A stretch of 30,920 nucleotides of DNA from a virus. This document shows positions 18,632 to 25,778 of the stretch, one piece after another (position 1 is the first letter of the stretch; the number at the start of each line of letters is the position of its first letter). The stretch lies in IMG/VR virus record IMGVR_UViG_3300045988_121797; one strand, 5' to 3'. Both the position numbers and the translations under genes were made by a program. Below the pieces are notes generated by a model, which saw nothing but the letters and a program-made list of their open reading frames with translations, was not told where the DNA came from and did no database searches.

Positions 18632-20335
18632 ATGGAAATTAGGCAAAAACTTTCTCTCGATTTTGGCAGAGATACGCACCCTATTACGGTATTTGCAAAG
18701 CAGAACGACACAAAAACCCGTTTTCTTGAAATTACCCCGCTTAATTGCGGGCAGGCTTACGCTATCGAGGACGGCGTAACGCCCCGCTTGCAGCTTACCA
18801 AAGCTGACGGGCATACCGTACTCAATGACGCAACCGTAGAAAACGGCGTTATCGTTGTCGAACTGACACCGCAGGCACTCGCAGCCGCAGGCGTGGCGGT
18901 TGCCGAAATCGGACTTTATAAGGGCGAGGCTCTCTTGAGCTCGCAAATTTTCTATATTGATGTGGAGCGGGCGGCTTTTGATAAAGACGCACCCGCAAGC
19001 TCCGACGAGTTTAACGCTCTTACCGCTGCTCTTGCGGAGGTTAATACCGTAGCAGAGAGAGCGGCTACTATTGCCTCGGAAATTGCAAACGAGGCAGCAG
19101 ACAACGCCAACGGCGCAGCCGAGGGCGCGGAAAAGGTTAATATTTCAGCGGTGCAGACCGAAACGGGCGCGACTATCAGCGTAACCGACAGAGAGGGTAC
19201 TGTAACCACCGTACATATTGACACGCTTACAGCGGTTAATACCTGGGAGGATATTAAAAACGCCGTCCGCCTCGGACTCGGTGCAAAACTATTTCCCGTT
19301 GGTTACGAGTTTACAACCGAGGACGCTACTACGGGAGCGGTTATTACCTGGGTTGTACGCGACCACGACAAGCACGCAGCGGCAAACGGTAAGCTCGCTC
19401 ACAGTATGACGCTCGAGGCAAAGTATGTATACAGCAACAGCGCGGGCACCTACTTAACCCTCGTATTTGACGCATACGAGGCACTTTACTACGCAGCCGA
19501 GGAAATCCCCGCAGGCACTTATAATTTTACCTGGAATTATGCTACGGGCAGTATGGTAAACGGTACCTATCAATTTACATTGACAAAAGCGGTACCCGCA
19601 GGCGGGCAAATTGTGCTCGGTACTAACTCGAGCTCTACCGCAATTACGGGCTGCAAGATTGCGACTTACGCTACCGTGGCGGCTACTGCTGCTATTGAGA
19701 GCGGTATTGTTGTTACAGAGGGCTCGGAGGGTACAAGCCTCGGCACCATTGCCGCGACATCTGCCACAAGCGAAAACCTTAATTGCGCTCAACGCATTAT
19801 GTGGGGCTCCAACAACTACGCACAGAGCGCGGCTCGTCAATGGCTCAACAGCGACGCAGCGGCGGGCTCCGTGTGGACTCCTACAAACAAATTTGACCGC
19901 GCCCCGTCCTGGGCTACCTCTAAAGCGGGCTTTATGAAAGGCTTACCCGCCGACTTTTTGGCAGCGGTACAGCCTGCGGCTATTCCTTGCCGCACTAACT
20001 CCGTATTTGAGGTAAACAGCCTCGACGGTACCGAGTATACCGTAAACACGGTATACACCTTAAACGATATGTTTTTTATGCTCTCTCGTCCCGAAATATA
20101 CGGCTCTTGGGACAGCTCCTCCATTAAAGACGGCGAGCTGTTGGAGTATTACGAGGGCTTAACCGATATTGAGCGTATCAAATATGACGCGGCGGGCTCG
20201 GCGCGTAACTGTTGGCTCCGATCCCCTTACCCTGGGTACGCGGGCAGCGAGCGCATTGTGAACACCTCGGGAGCGTTGGGCCACGGCAGCGCGATTATCG
20301 GTAACGGAGTCGCCCCCGCTTGTATAATCGCATAA
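18632..20335 (+). CDS. DGR target protein 1: BppU_N-like N-terminus, coiled coil, and a C-type-lectin-fold C-terminus carrying VR1
   Basis: 567 aa. The N-terminus resembles the baseplate upper protein Ig-like domain. The C-terminus NCWLRSPYPGYAGSERIVNTSGALGHGSAIIGNGVAPACIIA aligns to TR. Confidence 0.85.
   Translation: MEIRQKLSLDFGRDTHPITVFAKQNDTKTRFLEITPLNCGQAYAIEDGVTPRLQLTKADGHTVLNDATVENGVIVVELTPQALAAAGVAVAEIGLYKGEALLSSQIFYIDVERAAFDKDAPASSDEFNALTAALAEVNTVAERAATIASEIANEAADNANGAAEGAEKVNISAVQTETGATISVTDREGTVTTVHIDTLTAVNTWEDIKNAVRLGLGAKLFPVGYEFTTEDATTGAVITWVVRDHDKHAAANGKLAHSMTLEAKYVYSNSAGTYLTLVFDAYEALYYAAEEIPAGTYNFTWNYATGSMVNGTYQFTLTKAVPAGGQIVLGTNSSSTAITGCKIATYATVAATAAIESGIVVTEGSEGTSLGTIAATSATSENLNCAQRIMWGSNNYAQSAARQWLNSDAAAGSVWTPTNKFDRAPSWATSKAGFMKGLPADFLAAVQPAAIPCRTNSVFEVNSLDGTEYTVNTVYTLNDMFFMLSRPEIYGSWDSSSIKDGELLEYYEGLTDIERIKYDAAGSARNCWLRSPYPGYAGSERIVNTSGALGHGSAIIGNGVAPACIIA
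20195..20323 (+). repeat. DGR variable region VR1
   Basis: Gap-free 129-nt alignment to TR 20809-20937 with 15 differences. Fourteen are at TR adenines and one is a silent T/A. Confidence 0.9.
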
Positions 20336-20343
20336 TCTAAAAT

Positions 20344-20361
20344 CCGCCTCGGTAGAGGCGG
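20344..20361 (+). promoter_or_regulatory. GC-rich hairpin downstream of VR1 (candidate DGR target-recognition hairpin/cruciform)
   Basis: ccgcctc-GGTA-gaggcgg: a 7-bp stem with a 4-nt loop, 20 nt after the end of VR/TR homology. Confidence 0.6.
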
Positions 20362-20379
20362 TAAAAAGGAGGTTTTAAT

Positions 20380-20790
20380 ATGAGCGTTAGAAAAGGCGAC
20401 AGAGGCGAGGGCAAGCTGCAAGTGCTTAATAAAGCTCGAGAGCTTAAAAAGTATTCATTAGCAGCACTCAAAAACGAGAAACACTTTCCAAAAAGTACCC
20501 GTTGGCTTTATGCCTCGCCGATTGCTACAGAGGTACGCGAGGCGTGTATTTGCATACGGCACGCTAACTCGGTATATGTAACCAACGCCGAGGAGCACAG
20601 CTACCGCCGTATGGAGCAAGTAAAGGCGCACGCACACCTCGACGCTCTATTAGACCTTATCGACGACGCATACGACGCGGGCTATATTTCGGGTGATAAA
20701 GCGGAGTTTTGGACGGGGTTAATACTCAAGACAGACGACCTATTAAAAGCCTGGATAAAGTCCGACAAAGAAAAATACAAAGATATGTAG
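20380..20790 (+). CDS. avd: DGR accessory variability determinant (Avd-like four-helix-bundle protein)
   Basis: 136 aa, basic and helical, located between VR and TR exactly as in BPP-1. SD aaaggagg lies upstream. Confidence 0.75.
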   Translation: MSVRKGDRGEGKLQVLNKARELKKYSLAALKNEKHFPKSTRWLYASPIATEVREACICIRHANSVYVTNAEEHSYRRMEQVKAHAHLDALLDLIDDAYDAGYISGDKAEFWTGLILKTDDLLKAWIKSDKEKYKDM

Positions 20791-20808
20791 GGCGGTTGCT
20801 ATATTTTC

Positions 20809-20937
20809 GGCTCGGCGCGTAACTGTTGGCTCCGTTCCCCTAACCCTGGGAACGCGAACAACGAGCGCAATGTGAACACCTCGGGAGCGTTGAACAACAA
20901 CAACGCGATTAACGGTAACGGAGTCGCCCCCGATTGT
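20809..20937 (+). repeat. DGR template repeat (TR)
   Basis: Its position is non-coding, 18 nt after the avd stop. It is rich in AAC (aac aac aac aac) and homologous to VR1 and to VR2 (from 20842). Confidence 0.9.
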
Positions 20938-21024
20938 GAGAATAGCCCGTATCAAGTAGTCAATAGACCAAAGCAGCGCAGCTCACACAAGGAGCGACCG
21001 TCCTACCTCCGAAAGGAGGGAATA

Positions 21025-22149
21025 TTGCGGGCGACAAAGGTACCTTACGGGGTAGTCCTTTTATATGCGTCCGCCTACTTTATTATGTCATACGAACAAG
21101 TAATATCTTTTGACAACCTCTACAAGGGGTTAAAACAAAGCTGCCGTAATATCCGTTGGAAAGATAGTACCGTAGGCTATGAGGGCAACGCCCTAAAGAA
21201 TACTTACCGCTTACGAGAAAGCCTCTTGAGCGGCAAATACAAAATAGATAGGCACCAACACTTTACCATATACGAGCCGAAACGCCGCGACATTGTGGCG
21301 ACCAGGTTAAAAGACCGACAATTTCAACGCTCGCTATGTGATAACGGACTTTATGAGCAGATAACGAAATCGTTTATAACTGATAATTGCGCCTGCCTGC
21401 GCGGGCGTGGAGTCGATTATACCCTAAACCGTATCACGGCGCATTTACGCCGTTATTATAAAGCTCACGGCTGCGACGGGTGGGTGCTCAAGTGTGATAT
21501 ACACCACTATTTCCCGAGCATACGCCACGACATAGCAAAGGCTGCAATATGTAAGCGGGTTAAAGACGCTCAAATAGCGGCGCACGCCTGCGACATTGTA
21601 GACTCTTTCGGCGGTGATGTTGGTATAGGGCTCGGCTCCCAGGTATCGCAGCTTGTAGCTCTTGCCGTCCTGGACGACCTCGACCACTTTATAAAAGAGC
21701 GGCTCCGAGTCAAGCACTATATACGATATATGGACGATTTTATACTAATCCACGAGGACAAGGAATTTTTGCAGCATTGCCGCGTGGAGATAGAAAAGCA
21801 AGTAAACGCTATCGGGCTTGAGCTCAACGGCAAAACTACTCTCTATCCTCTCCGCCAGGGCGTAAAAATGTTGCAATGGCGTTTTATCGTTACCGACTCG
21901 GGAGCGATTATACGCAAAATGGGTAAAAAGAAACAAGGCAAGCAACGCCGCAAGCTCAAAAAGCTATACGCTAAAGAGCAGAGCGGCGACTATGCGCCAG
22001 GGACGGCTCACGAGTCCCTCGTTTCTTGGCTTGCAAACGCTGCCCGAGGAGATACCTACCACGAGCGGCGGAAAATGATAAATTTCTATAAAGAATTGGA
22101 GGGCTCTTATCGTGAAAAACAATTACCACAAACGCCTCGCCCAGGTTGA
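21025..22149 (+). CDS. DGR reverse transcriptase
   Basis: Motif C IRYMDDFILIH, the DGR-type IGLGSQVSQ motif, and an N-terminal FDNLYKGLKQS region. TTG at 21025 has SD aaggaggg 5 nt upstream. ATG at 21085 is an alternative. The track start at 20872 lies inside TR. Confidence 0.9.
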   Translation: MRATKVPYGVVLLYASAYFIMSYEQVISFDNLYKGLKQSCRNIRWKDSTVGYEGNALKNTYRLRESLLSGKYKIDRHQHFTIYEPKRRDIVATRLKDRQFQRSLCDNGLYEQITKSFITDNCACLRGRGVDYTLNRITAHLRRYYKAHGCDGWVLKCDIHHYFPSIRHDIAKAAICKRVKDAQIAAHACDIVDSFGGDVGIGLGSQVSQLVALAVLDDLDHFIKERLRVKHYIRYMDDFILIHEDKEFLQHCRVEIEKQVNAIGLELNGKTTLYPLRQGVKMLQWRFIVTDSGAIIRKMGKKKQGKQRRKLKKLYAKEQSGDYAPGTAHESLVSWLANAARGDTYHERRKMINFYKELEGSYREKQLPQTPRPG

Positions 22150-22492
22150 GGCAATGGCAGCAGCCACAAAAGCAGAACTCGAGGAAACCTTAAAGGCGGC
22201 ATACGCCGCAGCCTGCGAGGAGAAAAACGAGGAGGAGGCAGCGGCACTCGTCCGCAAAATCCGTAATAAGCTGCTTGATAACAGCGACGCGCAAATGTCG
22301 CTTGACCGCCTGGGGCTTGACACCTCAACGGCTACGAAATTTATTGCCTCGCTCTCGAAAATCTTTACGGGAGCCTGGGCTGTATACCGCCAGGCATTGA
22401 GGGACTTACCTACACAAGCGGGCTTTCCGTTTAATGTAACTTTCCCGACACCTCCCGACAGCGAGGAGGGCTCCGATAATGAGCCTATTTGA
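22112..22492 (+). CDS. Hypothetical protein whose C-terminal half resembles phage tail-fibre assembly chaperone-like domains
   Basis: 126 aa. KIRNKLLDNSDAQ...WAVYRQALRDLPTQAGFPFNVTFPTPP. It has a GTG start with SD ggaggg and overlaps the RT 3' end by 38 nt. Confidence 0.4.
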   Translation: MKNNYHKRLAQVEAMAAATKAELEETLKAAYAAACEEKNEEEAAALVRKIRNKLLDNSDAQMSLDRLGLDTSTATKFIASLSKIFTGAWAVYRQALRDLPTQAGFPFNVTFPTPPDSEEGSDNEPI

Positions 22493-22661
22493 GCTTGTAG
22501 AGAGGCTCTGCGCTATTGCTCACTTGCAGGCGGATATTATCAAGGAGCAGGCGGCAGCTCTTGAGCAGGCTAATATCGTTTTAAGCACCGACGAGGAGTT
22601 ACAGAAAAAGCGGGACACCGCCGCAGCGGAGCTCGAGCTAATCGACAGAGAATGTAATTAA
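22479..22661 (+). CDS. Hypothetical coiled-coil protein
   Basis: 60 aa with SD ggaggg and translational coupling to the previous ORF. Confidence 0.4.
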   Translation: MSLFELVERLCAIAHLQADIIKEQAAALEQANIVLSTDEELQKKRDTAAAELELIDRECN

Positions 22662-22673
22662 GGAGAAAAAGCT

Positions 22674-23021
22674 ATGTATTTTGAAACCTTTATTAAATGG
22701 CTCATACCGTTTTTGTGTGGCGGGGCTGTTTCAGCTTTAGGAGTCATTATCGGGCGTATTAAGCTCGGTAAAAAGAAACAAGACGCACTCGGAGAGGGCT
22801 TGCAATGCCTCCTCCGAGCCGAGATTATCGGACAATATGAGAAATGGGACGAGCGGGGCTATTGCCCTATTTACGCTAAAGAGGCGTTAAAGCAGGCTTA
22901 TCATAGTTACCACACTTTAGGCGGAAATGATGTTGCGACGGGACTATACGAGCAAACAATGGAGCTCCCCGAGCACCCGCCGAGAGAAAAAGCAAAGAAA
23001 GGAGGCGCGAGCAATGAGTAA
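22674..23021 (+). CDS. Membrane-anchored protein of the lysis cassette (function unknown)
   Basis: 115 aa with an N-terminal TM segment (WLIPFLCGGAVSALGVIIG). It lies immediately upstream of the holin. Confidence 0.5.
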   Translation: MYFETFIKWLIPFLCGGAVSALGVIIGRIKLGKKKQDALGEGLQCLLRAEIIGQYEKWDERGYCPIYAKEALKQAYHSYHTLGGNDVATGLYEQTMELPEHPPREKAKKGGASNE

Positions 23022-23277
23022 GAAAATCCCTACAGAAACCATTATTAGAGCTATTGTGCTTTTTGTTACTTTGGTAAATACCATTTTGACAATGAGCGGC
23101 AAAAACCCTTTGCCCTTTGCAGAGGACGAGCTCTACGCCTGGCTCTCTGCAACTGCTACCGTGGCGGCTACTTTGTGGGCTTGGTGGAAAAATAACAGCT
23201 TTACCCCCGAGGCTATCCAGGCGGACAAGTATTTAGCGGAGCTGAAAGCAAACGACATTGAGTATACGGAGGAATAA
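23014..23277 (+). CDS. Holin (SPP1/XhlB family)
   Basis: MSKKIPTETIIRAIVLFVTLVNTILTMSGKNPLPF...TLWAWWKNNSFTPEA matches my recollection of the XhlB-type holin pattern. SD aaaggagg lies upstream. The track start at 22927 is too far upstream. Confidence 0.75.
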   Translation: MSKKIPTETIIRAIVLFVTLVNTILTMSGKNPLPFAEDELYAWLSATATVAATLWAWWKNNSFTPEAIQADKYLAELKANDIEYTEE

Positions 23278-23279
23278 GT

Positions 23280-24272
23280 ATGCAGATTAAAGAAACCATT
23301 TTAACAAATAACCCTTGCTACAAAGCGGGTAAAACTATCGCCGTAAAGGGGCTTATGCTCCATAGCGTAGGCTGCCCGCAGCCGTCCGCGCTCGTTTTCG
23401 TCAATAATTGGAATAAGAGTACATACGACAGAGCGTGCGTACACGCCTTTATCGACGGAAATACGGGCGTTATTTATCAATGCTTGCCGTGGAGCCACAG
23501 AGGGTGGCACGGTGGCGGAGCCTCTAATAATACGCATATCGGCGTTGAGATGTGCGAGCCTGCGTGTATCAAGTATACGAGCGGCTCAAATTTCACTTGC
23601 TCCGATACTGCTACCGCAAAGGCGGTAGTTAAGCGCACCTATGAGGCAGCCGTGGAGCTGTTCGCTTTCCTTTGTAAACAGTACAACCTCGACCCCCTCG
23701 CAGACGGCGTAATTATCAGCCACCGAGAGGGACACGCTCGCGGTATCGCCTCCAACCACGGCGACCCCGAGCACTTGTGGAACGGCTTAAAAATGGGCTA
23801 CACTATGGACGGCTTTAGAAAGGCTGTTGCGGCGGCTATGAAACCCGCCGAGGAAACAAAACCCGCAGCACCCGCCGAGCCTGCAAAGACTCTTTACAGA
23901 GTGCAGACGGGAGCTTTCACAAAGAAAGCTAACGCTACCGCCCTTGCAGAAAAGCTCAAGAAAGCGGGCTTTGATACCTATATCGTGCAGAGCGGCAGCC
24001 TCTACAAGGTGCAAGTAGGAGCCTACAGCGTCAAGGCTAACGCCGACGCTATGGCAAAGAAACTCAAGGCGGCGGGCTTTGATACCTACATTACCACAAA
24101 GAGTGGTACCGCCGTAGCTGCGGACTCACCCGCTAAAAAGTCCGTTGACGAACTCGCGCGCGAGGTTATCGCGGGAAAGTGGGGCAACGGCGCAACTCGT
24201 AAACAAAAGCTCACGGCAGCGGGGTACGACTACTCCGCCGTACAAAAGCGCGTAAACGAGCTGCTTAAATAG
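23280..24272 (+). CDS. Endolysin: N-acetylmuramoyl-L-alanine amidase with two SPOR repeats and a Cpl-7-like wall-binding domain
   Basis: Amidase_2/PGRP-type motifs are HSVGCPQ, WHGGGASNNTHIGVEMCEP and ISHREGH...NHGDPEHLW. SPOR repeats are LYRVQTGAFTKKANATALAEKLKKAGFDTYI and LYKVQVGAYSVKANADAMAKKLKAAGFDTYI. The CW_7 region is SVDELAREVIAGKWGNGATRKQKL. Confidence 0.9.
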   Translation: MQIKETILTNNPCYKAGKTIAVKGLMLHSVGCPQPSALVFVNNWNKSTYDRACVHAFIDGNTGVIYQCLPWSHRGWHGGGASNNTHIGVEMCEPACIKYTSGSNFTCSDTATAKAVVKRTYEAAVELFAFLCKQYNLDPLADGVIISHREGHARGIASNHGDPEHLWNGLKMGYTMDGFRKAVAAAMKPAEETKPAAPAEPAKTLYRVQTGAFTKKANATALAEKLKKAGFDTYIVQSGSLYKVQVGAYSVKANADAMAKKLKAAGFDTYITTKSGTAVAADSPAKKSVDELAREVIAGKWGNGATRKQKLTAAGYDYSAVQKRVNELLK

Positions 24273-24300
24273 TCCTCCTTAAATCCATATAAAGAAAGGG

Positions 24301-24336
24301 CGGCGGGTTAGCGGGAAACTGCGCCCGCCGTCTTTT
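24301..24336 (+). terminator. Candidate rho-independent terminator after the lysis cassette
   Basis: cggcggg (24301-24307) pairs with cccgccg (24324-24330) and is followed by tcttttc. Confidence 0.55.
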
Positions 24337-24359
24337 CGCATTTAGAGAGGAGTTTTACA

Positions 24360-24887
24360 ATGTCAAAGAGTAATGTAACCTTTATAAACACGAGCAAAGA
24401 GGTTAAAAAAACAATGGTAGGGCTATCCAAAACCGCCCTCCGAGCCTCGGGAAAAGTCGTGCGTAAATATCTGCGCGCAGCGGTACCCGTCCGCTCAAAG
24501 CGTTTCAAAAACCATATAGGCTCTTGGGCTATGGTAGATTATAAAACGGGACAGCCGCAGCTACAAATCGGCTTTTACTCCTGGCAGAAAGTAAGAAAAA
24601 AGGGCAAGCTACCCTCACACGCGAGCCCGCATTGGGTGGAGTTTGGCGTAAACTCTCATACGATAGCGGTTAAAAATGCGAAAATGCTTGCTTATGATAA
24701 CACGGTATACGGCAGAGCCGTACAGCACCCAGGCACACGGGCTACAAATGTACTCCGCGACACGGTGCAAAACAATATAGCAGAAATCCGAGCGGCACAA
24801 GAGGAATACCTCGCCGAGCTCTCGAAAACTCTTGAGGAGGCGGGAGCTAAAGTCTACACGGGCGAGGACACCGACGAGGACGACTAA
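24360..24887 (+). CDS. HK97 gp10-like neck / tail-completion family protein, displaced from the structural module
   Basis: 175 aa. LRASGKVVRKYLRAAVPVRSKRFKNHIGS...HWVEFGVNSH...HPGTRATNVLRDTV fits the gp10-family pattern. Confidence 0.55.
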   Translation: MSKSNVTFINTSKEVKKTMVGLSKTALRASGKVVRKYLRAAVPVRSKRFKNHIGSWAMVDYKTGQPQLQIGFYSWQKVRKKGKLPSHASPHWVEFGVNSHTIAVKNAKMLAYDNTVYGRAVQHPGTRATNVLRDTVQNNIAEIRAAQEEYLAELSKTLEEAGAKVYTGEDTDEDD

Positions 24888-24891
24888 AAGC

Positions 24892-24927
24892 AAAGGCAGG
24901 GGCTTTAATTAGCCTCTGCCTTTTTCT
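24892..24927. terminator. Bidirectional terminator between convergent genes
   Basis: aaaggcaggggc (24892-24903) pairs with gcctctgccttt (24912-24923) as a 12-bp stem with one G-T wobble. The loop is 8 nt, and the flanking A/T runs suit both strands. Confidence 0.6.
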
Positions 24928-24929
24928 GT

Positions 24930-25235
24930 TTATCCGTTATAATTTCCGTAGCACTTACTGCACCGTCGCAAGCCTTTTTTGATTGCCTCTTTTTCTTTCA
25001 TTTCTACGCAATCAACACTACGACTCATAGCGCACATTTGGTCGTTATGATATACTTTGCTGCCTTTGTTTACAAATACAATATCGTAATCATAGTGCGG
25101 CTCCTTTTTTGCGGCGGGTGCCTGCGGTACCGCCTGCGCCTTATTGCGGTTGCAAAGCCAAATAATAAAATAGACAATGCCTACGGGGTAAAAGATAATA
25201 AGTAATACTTTTTGCCAGGTTTTTAATTTTTTCAT
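24930..25235 (-). CDS. Membrane-anchored small Cys-containing protein; the only minus-strand gene
   Basis: 101 aa from MKKLKTWQKVLLIIFYPVGIVYFIIWLC (TM segment). The C-terminus is KVYHNDQMC...RRCSKCYGNY. The track extension to 25286 runs through a terminator hairpin. Confidence 0.6.
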   Translation of the reverse strand: MKKLKTWQKVLLIIFYPVGIVYFIIWLCNRNKAQAVPQAPAAKKEPHYDYDIVFVNKGSKVYHNDQMCAMSRSVDCVEMKEKEAIKKGLRRCSKCYGNYNG

Positions 25236-25253
25236 AGCGACAACTCCCATAAT

Positions 25254-25287
25254 AAAAAAGTGCGTGCAACTCGCCGCTGCACGCACT
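25254..25287 (-). terminator. Intrinsic-terminator-like hairpin on the minus strand, 18 nt upstream of the minus-strand gene's ATG (possible attenuator)
   Basis: agtgcgtgca (25259-25268) pairs with tgcacgcact (25278-25287) as a 10-bp stem. On the minus strand it is followed by a U run (plus-strand A run 25254-25259). Confidence 0.5.
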
Positions 25288-25309
25288 AAAAACGCAAGCT
25301 CCGAATTGC

Positions 25310-25422
25310 TACCACACTAATTCTATGTTTTACGCTATAAGACGCAAAAACGAGCCCGCGTTTTTACCGAGGTAAAAACAGCGCACTTATAGCATAAAAC
25401 ACCATATTAAATTAGTGTGGTA
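25310..25422. repeat. Long imperfect palindrome (about 113 nt) with two mutually exclusive inner hairpins
   Basis: Outer arms: taccacactaatt (25310-25322) with aattagtgtggta (25410-25422). Next arms: gttttacgctataag (25327-25341) with cttatagcataaaac (25386-25400), 14/15 paired. Inner hairpin 1: aaaaacg (25346-25352) with cgttttt (25359-25365). Inner hairpin 2: tttttacc (25361-25368) with ggtaaaaa (25371-25378). The two inner hairpins share the T5 tract. Confidence 0.8.
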
Positions 25423-25427
25423 TCTAT

Positions 25428-25436
25428 ATTATAACA
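25428..25436 (-). promoter_or_regulatory. Candidate extended -10 promoter (TGTTATAAT) on the minus strand
   Basis: The reverse complement of attataaca reads tgttataat. There is no good -35. It would give a leader of about 185 nt for the minus-strand gene. Confidence 0.3.
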
Positions 25437-25464
25437 TACTGTCGTCGAAAAAGAAATATTTTCC

Positions 25465-25486
25465 GCGAAAAAGTGCAAAAAATTTT
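25465..25486 (+). repeat. Left terminal inverted repeat of the IS30-family element
   Basis: gcgaaaaagtgcaaaaaatttt is the exact reverse complement of 27255-27276. Confidence 0.85.
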
Positions 25487-25497
25487 TAAGAAAAGTA

Positions 25498-25526
25498 TTG
25501 ACATACTGCAAGCAGTATGATATAAT
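25498..25526 (+). promoter_or_regulatory. Consensus sigma70 promoter TTGACA-N17-TATAAT with a palindromic operator in the spacer
   Basis: -35 at 25498-25503 and -10 at 25521-25526. The 8-bp inverted repeat catactgc-aa-gcagtatg spans 25502-25519. Confidence 0.75.
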
Positions 25527-25552
25527 AATTACAGAAAGGAGGTAGAAAGCCT

Positions 25553-25690
25553 ATGGAAAATCAAGGCATAGAAAAAGCCTTGCAAGACCTGGCAAAAGCG
25601 TTAAGCGGTAACGACACGGTGCAACGAGTCAAAGTTACGATAACACTTGAAAAGCCAAAGCCGAGCAAGGCAAAACCCGAAAGCAAGTAG
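25553..25690 (+). CDS. Mini-ORF, 45 aa (hypothetical); below the ORF-track length cutoff
   Basis: SD aaggagg at 25536-25542 with the ATG 10 nt downstream. MENQGIEKALQDLAKALSGNDTVQRVKVTITLEKPKPSKAKPESK. Confidence 0.5.
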   Translation: MENQGIEKALQDLAKALSGNDTVQRVKVTITLEKPKPSKAKPESK

Positions 25691-25778
25691 CTTTCAAAGG
25701 CAGGGACGGGGCGAAAGCCCCTCCCGTAAGTCCTATTATAGCATAGATATAATAAAATTGCAATAGGAGGCGTTTTAT

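Noticed and set aside
21006-21019. cctcc-GAAA-ggagg hairpin as a third DGR target-recognition hairpin
   Set aside because: It lies downstream of TR, not of a VR, and its 3' arm is simply the RT Shine-Dalgarno. It is mentioned only as possible translational gating, not as a target site.
20872-21024. N-terminal extension of the RT ORF as given in the ORF track (MNTSGALNNNNAINGNGVAPDCEN...)
   Set aside because: These codons are the TR read in the VR frame, plus the TR-RT spacer. The 'M' is a GTG inside TR with no SD. Conserved RT sequence starts near 21085, and a strong SD serves TTG 21025.
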